Part shown: positions 9,633 through 17,096 of the stretch, piece by piece
How positions within the stretch are numbered: the first letter of the stretch is position 1
Layout of the letters: every line of letters begins with the position of its first letter
DNA from: Chloroflexota bacterium
GTDB taxonomy: Bacteria > Chloroflexota > UBA11872 > UBA12225 > JAJDUF01
Direction of reading: 5' to 3'
DNA length: 64,000 nt
Assembly: GCA_034422515.1 (NCBI GenBank)
Contig: DAOUJP010000020.1
Location: 65,590-129,589, forward strand
Translations under genes and position numbers: made by a program
The notes under the pieces: model-generated
Told to the model about the DNA's origin: nothing
Database searches by the model: none
Seen by the model: only the letters and a program-made list of their open reading frames with translations

Positions 9633-10273
9633 ACAGACCAACCGAGCCTGAGCGGTTGGAGGGTGTACTCGACGCCTATGTGGCGTCTGGTGCCGGCCCG
9701 AATGCCGCGCTTGACGAGTGGATTCGGCGCTATCCGGAGTTTGAGCGAGAACTAATCGAGTTCGCGGCCAGTTGGAGCCTGATGAAATGGTTGCCTCACG
9801 CTCCTGACGCCGAGGAAGTTGACGAGACAACGCTGGTGCTGCGAGGAATGAGTGTCGTTCAGGACTTGCTCCACAGGCAGTCATCAGAGTCAGCCTCAGA
9901 CCCTGTCACGCCCATCGGGAGTCTGATAACGGAAGGGCGAGCACAAGGTTTGGATCCCCGCCGGTTGGCGCAGGCCGTTGGAGTGGGGGACAGCTTGCTG
10001 AGTAAGCTCGACCGCCGCTTAATCACCCCCGCCTCAATCCCGCAAGAGCTGATCGAGCGCCTTGCACAGGTTACGCAACGCAAGGTTACGACCATCACCG
10101 CCTATCTTCAGCAGGGCCCGACATTGACGGCTGCGGCTGAACATCGCTCCGAGCAAGCACCGAAGCTCATGGAGCCGGAGGATTTCTTTGATGCCGTTGG
10201 CGCCGATCCAACAATCAGTCGTGAGCAGGCTGACTACTGGTTCGCACTTGGGCGATCCATGGGTGCATTATGA
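9629..10273 (+). CDS. XRE-type HTH domain protein (ImmR-like repressor / anti-sigma-like adaptor candidate)
   Basis: Central HTH (LDPRRLAQAVGVGDSLLSKLDRRLI). Its 4-nt ATGA overlaps with the genes on both sides suggest translational coupling in a 3-gene operon. The Met at 9629 is preferred over the track start at 9599. Confidence 0.5.
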   Translation: MNRPTEPERLEGVLDAYVASGAGPNAALDEWIRRYPEFERELIEFAASWSLMKWLPHAPDAEEVDETTLVLRGMSVVQDLLHRQSSESASDPVTPIGSLITEGRAQGLDPRRLAQAVGVGDSLLSKLDRRLITPASIPQELIERLAQVTQRKVTTITAYLQQGPTLTAAAEHRSEQAPKLMEPEDFFDAVGADPTISREQADYWFALGRSMGAL

Positions 10274-13200
10274 GCCACTGGGGCGAAATAAGAAGGCGGG
10301 CGAGGGCGCAACGCGCCGAAGTGCTTCGAGAGACTAGGGGAGACTTGTCAGCTGAATCGTTGCTTACCGCGGCCGAAAGGTTGACCGGCTTCGAACGAAT
10401 CGGCCTGCCAGTTGGCGACTCGTTGCTGGACGGCGCTGATGCAAAACTCCAACACAACATGGAGCGGGTTTGGTTCAACCGCGAAGTCGAACCTAGGCTG
10501 GCTCGCTTCAATCAAGCCCACGAGTATGCACATCTCTGGTTACACCCCGAACGGGGCAACCAGCTAGAGTGTGGCCTTGATCCTGAGGCTGTTGAGGAAC
10601 CCCTACCCATTGGCGTGAATCGAGTAGAGGGGTATGGCCCTGAGGAGTTGCGAGAGCGTGAGGCGAACGTCTTTGCGCGGGAGTTCCTGCTCCCGACCGA
10701 TGTCCTACGCGAGTGGTACGAGACCGATAATGCAAGCGCGAATGAAGTTGCAGATAGACTGGGACTTCCAGAGGGGTTGGTCTTGCAGCAGATGGCGCGG
10801 GCGCTTCTTACGCCAGAAATCCCCTCTACGCACGTATCACCTGGCGATACAGACCAACGACCGTTAGACCCCAGCCAGGAGGAAGCTGCTCACGCCCCAC
10901 GCGGCCCCCTACTCTTGGAGGCCGGTCCAGGTACCGGCAAGACCCGTACCCTCATCGGACGGATCGTCTTTCTTCTTAAGCAAGAGGTGCCACCAACCGC
11001 GATACTTGCACTGACGTTCTCGAACCGCGCAGCTGAGGAGATGCGATCACGTGTGGCGGAGGCCGAACCAGCCGCCGCCCTCCGTATCTGGATTGGGACC
11101 TTTCATGCGTTCGGACTTGAGCTATTGCGCAAGTACGGTACACGACTAGGACTGCCGCCCCATATCAGCGTACTCGACCCATCTGAATCGATAGTCCTTG
11201 TGGAGCGCATGCTGCCCGAGTTGGACTTGGATTACTACCAAAACCTATATGACCCCACCTTCTATCTCCGGGACATCATGGCCGCGATCTCGCGCGCCAA
11301 GGACGAGTTGGTGGGGCCAGAGGAATACGCCGCACTCGCCGAGAGCATGCGCAATGAAGCGGCCACCCCCGAGGAGATCGAGAGGGCAGAGCGGACGATC
11401 GAGGTAGCACGGGTTTACACCGCCTACCAAGCAGCGCTTGACTGCGCCCATCTGCTTGATTTTGGCGACCTCATCTTCAAGGCTGTGTCGCTGCTCAGGG
11501 CACACGCCGATGTGCGAAACGCCCTCCGCAGCAGCTATCGTCACGTCTTGGTCGATGAGTACCAAGATGTCAACCGGGCCAGTGCCCTCCTCCTAAGAGA
11601 GATCGCGGGTGCCGGCGCTGGTCTCTGGGTGGTTGGAGATACGCGGCAGGCGATCTACCGGTTCCGGGGTGCTGCTCCGGCGAACATGCGGCACTTTAGC
11701 GAAGATTTCTCTGGCGCGATAGTGAAGACCCTCCGACGCAACTACCGGTCGCAGCCGGTGATCGTCGACGTGTTCGCCGGGCTGGCGCCTGAGATGCGCG
11801 CGGCACGAGGCGGACCGATCTTCATGCCCTGGGAGCCAAACCGATCGCTCTCCGGTGGGCACGTCTTGATGGAGGTTGCCGACGACCTGACTGCGGAGGC
11901 CGAGGGGTTGGCGAGGGAGATTGAGCGCCGGCACGCCGCCGGCATTCCTTACAGCGAGCAAGCGGTCCTGTGCCGCTCGCACACCAACCTTGGTAGGTTC
12001 GGAGCCGAACTCGAGCGTGTCGGTGTGCCTGTTCTGTACCTAGGCAATCTCTTTGAGCGGCCTGAGGTGCGTGACATGCTTGCCCTTTTGTCCCTCGCGT
12101 GCGAACCAGACGGGAACGGCTTGGTCCGCGTTGCGCGCTTTTCCGAATACAGAATCCCGCTCAACGACGTGCTCGCTCTAATTGAGCTGGCTCGCGACCG
12201 AGAGGTTCCCTTTCCGGAGGCTTTGGGCCTAGCGGGAGAAGCCGCGACGGTCTCGGCGCACGGACAAGCGCGGCTCGCCCTTTTGGCTCATCACCTTGAT
12301 GGTTTGCACCACGTTGGGCCCTGGAGACTGCTCGCGCACTACTTGTTCGACCGAAGCGGCTATCTACATCACCTCTTAGCCGACCAGTCCGTAGGGGGAC
12401 AGCAGCGCCTGCTCGCACTCTATCAACTCCTCCAGTTCGCCCACGAGCAGCGACCAGGGGTTCCCGGTGAGCCAGCCGACTCGAAGCTCCGCCTACTTCG
12501 TTACATTCGCCGGCTCGAGATCTATGGCGAGGAAAAGCCACTCCGGCAGGTACCAGTCTGGGCGGACGATATCGAGGCGGTCCGGCTGCTCACTGTCCAC
12601 GCGAGCAAGGGGCTTGAGTTTCGAGCGGTTTACCTACCGGCACTAGGCCGCGGCATCTTCCCGGCGAGCCGCCAAGCACAGACATGTCCGCCACCCACGG
12701 GTATGCTTGCTCCCGACCACGACGACCTGAGCAACCACGACGAAGAAGAGGAGTGCCTCTTCTTCGTCGCGCTATCCCGCGCTAGAGACATACTGTGCCT
12801 CTCCCGCGCCCGCCGGTACGGTGCCCGGAATAGCAATCCGTCAGCTCTGCTCGTCGAGATCGCTGATCTGTTACCTGCCGATCCGGGTGGCCAAGTTACT
12901 TGGCCATCCAGCGCACCGAGTCCGGCTGCTGCACCTGAGCCGATGCCGGCAAACGAGACTTACTTGGCGGCTGACCTGGACGTATACCTCCGCTGTCCCC
13001 GGCAGTACTTCTACGAGTCTGTTCTGGGGCTGAGTCGCCAGCGTGAGGACTCTGGATACGTCGAGTTTCACCGCTGTGTCTATCGCGTACTGCGCTGGAT
13101 GGCGGAGCAGCGTGCCTCCGGACAACCCGCTGATGAAGCCACGGCACTTGCATACCTAGCCCGGGTCTGGGAGGAGCAAGGGCCGCACGGGCATGTCTAT

Positions 13201-13671
13201 GAGGAGTTGTATCGTAATTCAGCTATTGCTCTGGTGCAGCGGGCGGCAAGACGGCCATTCACGTCACGTGGCGCCAAGACCCAGCCCCAGTGGGAGGTGC
13301 GAGTCCCGCTGGGTCGTGTTCGTTTCGTCCCGGACCACGTCGAGGTACTCAATGATGGCACTGAGATCGTTGAACGTATCCGTACTGGGCGTCCGACGAA
13401 GAGCGAAGCAGGAAAGGACATCTACGCCCTGTACGTGATGGCAGCCCGGGATGCCGAGCCACTCGTTCAACGGAGAGTGCAAGTACGATACTTGTCCACC
13501 GATGACGTGGAGCCAATCAACCTCAAGCCGCGAACCATCAAGACTCGGCTAAACCACTACAACGATGCTATCGCTGGGATCCTGCGCGATGATTTCTCGC
13601 CGCGTCCCAATGACCGTGTCTGTCCGCGCTGTCCTCACTATTTCATCTGTCCGCTAGGCGAGGACGCCTAA
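10270..13671 (+). CDS. Fusion protein: ImmA/IrrE-family Zn metallopeptidase (HEXXH) + UvrD/Rep-family SF1 helicase + C-terminal RecB/Cas4-like PD-(D/E)XK nuclease with an Fe-S cysteine cluster
   Basis: HEYAHLWLH (HExxH, DUF955-like) near the N-terminus. Walker A GPGTGKTRT, motif II VLVDEYQDVN and motif VI VHASKGLEFRAVYL of UvrD-like helicases. The C-terminal domain has an early Cys (YLRCPRQYFYE), a DIYALYV (QhxxY-like) motif and a terminal CPRCPHYFIC triad, as in Cas4/AddB nucleases. Confidence 0.7.
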   Translation: MSHWGEIRRRARAQRAEVLRETRGDLSAESLLTAAERLTGFERIGLPVGDSLLDGADAKLQHNMERVWFNREVEPRLARFNQAHEYAHLWLHPERGNQLECGLDPEAVEEPLPIGVNRVEGYGPEELREREANVFAREFLLPTDVLREWYETDNASANEVADRLGLPEGLVLQQMARALLTPEIPSTHVSPGDTDQRPLDPSQEEAAHAPRGPLLLEAGPGTGKTRTLIGRIVFLLKQEVPPTAILALTFSNRAAEEMRSRVAEAEPAAALRIWIGTFHAFGLELLRKYGTRLGLPPHISVLDPSESIVLVERMLPELDLDYYQNLYDPTFYLRDIMAAISRAKDELVGPEEYAALAESMRNEAATPEEIERAERTIEVARVYTAYQAALDCAHLLDFGDLIFKAVSLLRAHADVRNALRSSYRHVLVDEYQDVNRASALLLREIAGAGAGLWVVGDTRQAIYRFRGAAPANMRHFSEDFSGAIVKTLRRNYRSQPVIVDVFAGLAPEMRAARGGPIFMPWEPNRSLSGGHVLMEVADDLTAEAEGLAREIERRHAAGIPYSEQAVLCRSHTNLGRFGAELERVGVPVLYLGNLFERPEVRDMLALLSLACEPDGNGLVRVARFSEYRIPLNDVLALIELARDREVPFPEALGLAGEAATVSAHGQARLALLAHHLDGLHHVGPWRLLAHYLFDRSGYLHHLLADQSVGGQQRLLALYQLLQFAHEQRPGVPGEPADSKLRLLRYIRRLEIYGEEKPLRQVPVWADDIEAVRLLTVHASKGLEFRAVYLPALGRGIFPASRQAQTCPPPTGMLAPDHDDLSNHDEEEECLFFVALSRARDILCLSRARRYGARNSNPSALLVEIADLLPADPGGQVTWPSSAPSPAAAPEPMPANETYLAADLDVYLRCPRQYFYESVLGLSRQREDSGYVEFHRCVYRVLRWMAEQRASGQPADEATALAYLARVWEEQGPHGHVYEELYRNSAIALVQRAARRPFTSRGAKTQPQWEVRVPLGRVRFVPDHVEVLNDGTEIVERIRTGRPTKSEAGKDIYALYVMAARDAEPLVQRRVQVRYLSTDDVEPINLKPRTIKTRLNHYNDAIAGILRDDFSPRPNDRVCPRCPHYFICPLGEDA

Positions 13672-13691
13672 ACCTCACGGTGCCGGGCAGA

Positions 13692-13706
13692 GATTTCCGG
13701 TCTGTC
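13692..13706 (+). promoter_or_regulatory. Conserved 15-nt motif GATTTCCGGTCTGTC (copy 2), ~105 nt upstream of the Ubl-E2-JAB-E1 operon
   Basis: Identical to the motif at 8719-8733 and followed by TTAGGGTTGG at +31. It lies in the intergenic region between the helicase-nuclease gene and the Ubl gene. Confidence 0.5.
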
Positions 13707-13812
13707 CCTGCCCCAGCGATTGTCCTATTAGGGTTGGCAAGTGACACCCTGGCAGTCGCGGAGCGTCACTCACTTCAGCAACCCCACATTCCGTGTGAGA
13801 AAGGACAGACAG

Positions 13813-14334
13813 ATGAGTCAACCTGATGCTACAGACCACATCGAGCTCTTTATCCAGGGCGAGGGGATCCCCAAGATCGCGCTGGTGAAGGTACATCCCG
13901 AGTATACGGTCGCGGACCTCATCAAGGTGGCCCGCGAGCATAGCCTGAGCGTACCCGAGGGATCGGAGGTGTTTGTCCTCCTAGAGAACACCGACGCCCC
14001 CCTGCTGTTGGATGCGAAGATTGATGAGGTCGGCCTAGCCCCACGTAGCCGCGTGCATATCCATCGCTGTCGGCGAGTGGAGGTAACGGTCAATTTCAAC
14101 GCAGATCAACTCAAAGGATTCTTCCCACCATCGGCGACACTCGCGTGGGTCAAGAAGTGGGCAGTCGGCAAGGACGGCTTCGGCATGGCGGATGTGGATG
14201 CCACCGAGCACCTGCTTCAGATGTGCGGCTCGACTGACCGGCCTGACGAGGACGTGCATATCGGCACGCTAGTGAAGCTTTCGAACGGGACCCTTTGTTT
14301 CGATCTGGCCCCCAAACAGCGCGTAGAGGGATAA
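13813..14334 (+). CDS. Ubiquitin-like (tandem beta-grasp, ISG15-like) protein ending in Gly (BilA-like / polyUbl)
   Basis: 173 aa, large enough for two beta-grasp units. The first (HIELFIQGEGIPKIALVKVHPEYTVADLIKVAREHSL...VFVLLEN) resembles ThiS/MoaD/Ub folds. The C-terminal residue is Gly (…RVEG*). It is immediately followed by E2-, JAB- and E1-like genes. Good RBS (AAAGGA) before the ATG at 13813. Confidence 0.55.
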   Translation: MSQPDATDHIELFIQGEGIPKIALVKVHPEYTVADLIKVAREHSLSVPEGSEVFVLLENTDAPLLLDAKIDEVGLAPRSRVHIHRCRRVEVTVNFNADQLKGFFPPSATLAWVKKWAVGKDGFGMADVDATEHLLQMCGSTDRPDEDVHIGTLVKLSNGTLCFDLAPKQRVEG

Positions 14335-14337
14335 GGC

Positions 14338-14826
14338 ATGTCTAAGGGCGTAATGGGGGTAGACGAGCAGGTGTTTCGCGCGCACCTCGCAGCCGGCGCG
14401 TTCCAGAGTGGCGTCGACCGGGGCCGCTGGCGCTTGCTCGCGCTCGACTGGCCACATGCCCTGATCGCCATTCAGGCTGCCGAGAGGGCCGGCGGCCCAG
14501 CCGAATATGCGCTGCGCTTCGAGTGCATGAACTACCCTCAAACACCGCCGACAGCTCAGCCATGGGACGCTGAGAGAAACACGCCGCTTGCACCAGCCCG
14601 CTGGCCAACCGGAACAAGGCGAGTATCGCTTGCCTTCAATCCCGGATGGAAGCACGGGGGCTGCCTATATCTGCCTTGTGACCGGCTTTCGATTGAGGGC
14701 CACGATGCTTGGCGGACCCAGCATCCTTCGATGATCTGGTCGCCAGCGAGCGACATCACACATTACCTGAGGATTGTCCATGATCTTCTCACTTCGAGCG
14801 ATTATTCGGGCCCTCGCGGCGCCTGA
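14338..14826 (+). CDS. E2-like (UBC-fold) ubiquitin-conjugating enzyme homolog (BilB-like)
   Basis: 162 aa with a candidate catalytic Cys in the AFNPGWKHGGCLYLPCD segment (analogous to HPN...C of E2s). Assigned mainly from its conserved position between the Ubl and the JAB/E1 genes. Confidence 0.45.
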   Translation: MSKGVMGVDEQVFRAHLAAGAFQSGVDRGRWRLLALDWPHALIAIQAAERAGGPAEYALRFECMNYPQTPPTAQPWDAERNTPLAPARWPTGTRRVSLAFNPGWKHGGCLYLPCDRLSIEGHDAWRTQHPSMIWSPASDITHYLRIVHDLLTSSDYSGPRGA

Positions 14827-15304
14827 GCACCGGCTGAGTTGTCCCAGAGGAGTCTGGCGACGAGGGATCGCTGAAGTTGCACGCCGGGGAGAGGGACGGC
14901 ACGAGAGTGGCGCCTTCCTGCTTGGTCGCCGGCATGGTCTGCGCGGACACGTCGTGCGATTTGCCTACTACGATGACTTCGACCCATCCTGCCTTAAATC
15001 CGGCATTGTCGTGTTCGATGGAGCGGGGTTCGGACCGCTGTGGCAACTCTGCCGGCAGACCGGGCTGAGTGTCCTTGCCGATCTGCACACGCATGGCGGC
15101 TCTGGCCGGGCACGTCAGAGCGAACTTGACAGGGACAACCCCATGATCGCCCAGCCCGGTCACGTAGCGCTCATCGTCCCGAAATTTGCTCGCGACTTCA
15201 GGATGGAGGATGTGAGTATCTACGAGTACCTCGGTGGTCATAGTTGGCGCGATCACGGCAGTGCCCGTGGTGGGCGCTTCTTCTACACAGGGATATGGGC
15301 ATGA
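14774..15304 (+). CDS. JAB/MPN (JAMM) metalloprotease, deubiquitinase-like (BilD-like)
   Basis: Complete JAMM motif: upstream Glu (HESGAFLLG), then HTHGGSGRARQSELD (HxHx8Sx2D). The ORF overlaps the E2 gene and the true start may be downstream. Its stop overlaps the E1 start (ATGA). Confidence 0.65.
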   Translation: MSMIFSLRAIIRALAAPEHRLSCPRGVWRRGIAEVARRGEGRHESGAFLLGRRHGLRGHVVRFAYYDDFDPSCLKSGIVVFDGAGFGPLWQLCRQTGLSVLADLHTHGGSGRARQSELDRDNPMIAQPGHVALIVPKFARDFRMEDVSIYEYLGGHSWRDHGSARGGRFFYTGIWA

Positions 15305-16701
15305 CAGTTACCTCAAACGTTGGACCGGATCAGTTGCACCGGCTCGTGAAGTTGGCGCTCGACACCGGCGAGGCAGCGAGCCTCGATGAGGCCCAGCGGC
15401 TCTTTGGTAGCTATCGCCTCGGCATCGTGGTCGGAAGCGATATCGCGCATTCCCCGACGCTGCAGGCAGCCGTGTTGACCGCCGTCAACGCGGGCCGTCG
15501 CAGTTTTCTTGGTGGTGTGTCCGTCGACGGCGCAGTTGATGTGCCGCTCCTCATCCCGTGGGGTCGCTGTCGCACGCTAGAGGAAGCCATCGTGGACCTA
15601 CGGGGGACCAGCATGGCTGTTGTCCCCGGGATTCCGCGCATCGTGATCGGCGACACATCCGCACCGTCAGGCGAGGCGGAGTTCGCCGTGCGCGCGACTT
15701 TCGATGGGTGGTGTGGGGGCATCATACCTCTTGACCAAGGTCACCGTCTGCCAGAGCGCCAAGAGTGTGTTCCGGCCGGTGTGCTCGCCGGGGCGCTCGG
15801 AGTTGCCGAGGCATTTCAGTTCGTGCGGGGCGACAGCGCTATTGCGGGCCGGCGGGATGTTGGGCTGTCATTGTGGCAACCTGAAGCCGACACCAATTGG
15901 CTCGCTGCTGGCGAGCGGGGGCCGACTTTGGAGAGGCTGCCAGCGAGAGCTTGGCTGATCGGCCTCGGTCATCTTGGGCAGGCGTTTCTGTGGACACTCG
16001 GACTCCTGCCATATGCGGCGCCTGGAGACGTGAGTCTCGTCCTCCAAGACTTCGATGCACTCGTCGAGGCAAACGACAGTACCTCACTACTCACGACACG
16101 GGCTAGCTTCGGTGTGAAGAAGACACGGGCCATGGCCCGCTGGTGCGAAGCGCGCGGGTTCCGCACTTCGATTGTGGAACGCCGATTCGCTGCCGACTTT
16201 CGGGTTGCGGCAGACGAACCAAGCGTTGCCCTGTGTGGAGTTGACAACGCGCTGGCCCGAGCCGACCTCGAGGATGTTGGCTTCGGCCGCGTCATTGAGG
16301 CCGGGCTCGGCGCTGGCACGCGGGAGTACCTTGCGTTTCAGATACACACTTTCCCGGCACGCCGAGCCGCGAGATGCCGCTGGGGAGCGGACGTAGATCA
16401 CTTGAACGACGGGAATGACAATGCCGATAATCCGGCGTACCGCGCATTAGCCCACGAGGGGCTCGATGATTGTGGAATCACGACGCTGGCCGGACGCACT
16501 GTCGGCGCGTCATTTGTGGGAGCGGTCACGGCCGCAGTGGTCGTCGCCGAACTCATGAGGATGGCAATGGGTGGACCCCGATACGAGGTCGTGGATGGGA
16601 GCCTGCACTCACTTGAACTGCGCCAGGCGGTGGTGTGTGCCGAAGGGGCACCGTTCAATCCAGGAACGGCGGCTGCAACTCTCAAGACCGACGGTCAGTG
16701 A
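15301..16701 (+). CDS. E1-like ubiquitin-activating enzyme (ThiF/MoeB/HesA superfamily; BilC-like)
   Basis: Rossmann GxGxxG (AWLIGLGHLGQAFLWTLGLL) and ThiF-like downstream segments (GVDNALARADLEDVGFGRVIEAGLGAG). Co-operonic with the Ubl, E2 and JAB genes. Confidence 0.6.
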   Translation: MTVTSNVGPDQLHRLVKLALDTGEAASLDEAQRLFGSYRLGIVVGSDIAHSPTLQAAVLTAVNAGRRSFLGGVSVDGAVDVPLLIPWGRCRTLEEAIVDLRGTSMAVVPGIPRIVIGDTSAPSGEAEFAVRATFDGWCGGIIPLDQGHRLPERQECVPAGVLAGALGVAEAFQFVRGDSAIAGRRDVGLSLWQPEADTNWLAAGERGPTLERLPARAWLIGLGHLGQAFLWTLGLLPYAAPGDVSLVLQDFDALVEANDSTSLLTTRASFGVKKTRAMARWCEARGFRTSIVERRFAADFRVAADEPSVALCGVDNALARADLEDVGFGRVIEAGLGAGTREYLAFQIHTFPARRAARCRWGADVDHLNDGNDNADNPAYRALAHEGLDDCGITTLAGRTVGASFVGAVTAAVVVAELMRMAMGGPRYEVVDGSLHSLELRQAVVCAEGAPFNPGTAAATLKTDGQ

Positions 16702-17096
16702 CCCATCCTGCGCTACCGTCACGTGGCAGACTCCAGAGTCTAGGAAGTTCTCAACCTGCGAGTCAACTCAAGGCCGAGCTAGCATCATCACGTGTGATCC
16801 TCAATATGGAGACCGGGGCCGCGACACTCCTACAAGCATGCCACACCCAGGAGCACTCAAGTGCTGACCACCGAAGGGGCCATGGGATCGAAGGAGCATT
16901 TCGCGAAGCGGCATTCCACGCTCCCCGCTTCACTAACTGTGCAAGGGTACTCGTGGGGAGTGGCACTGGACAGTGCATGGCATCCAAACGGTCTCGATCC
17001 ATTATGATGAGGGACTGTAGACAAGGAACTGGTGCCATCCCCATGGGGTTGTGACCGCGCCGGGGTGCTTGCACCGATAGAGAGGACTGATGGCCG

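Noticed and set aside
8719-13706. The two GATTTCCGGTCTGTC copies as att-type direct repeats flanking an excisable sigma/helicase-nuclease cassette
   Set aside because: The only recombinase present is a large serine recombinase. These make 2-bp crossovers, not 15-bp target duplications. Both copies sit at promoter-like distances upstream of operon starts with a conserved second box, so a shared regulatory site is the more economical reading.
14338-14826. Assigning a specific gene symbol (bilB, etc.) to the E2-like gene
   Set aside because: The sequence-level E2 signature (HPN…C) is degenerate here and the call rests mainly on operon context, so no symbol is given.
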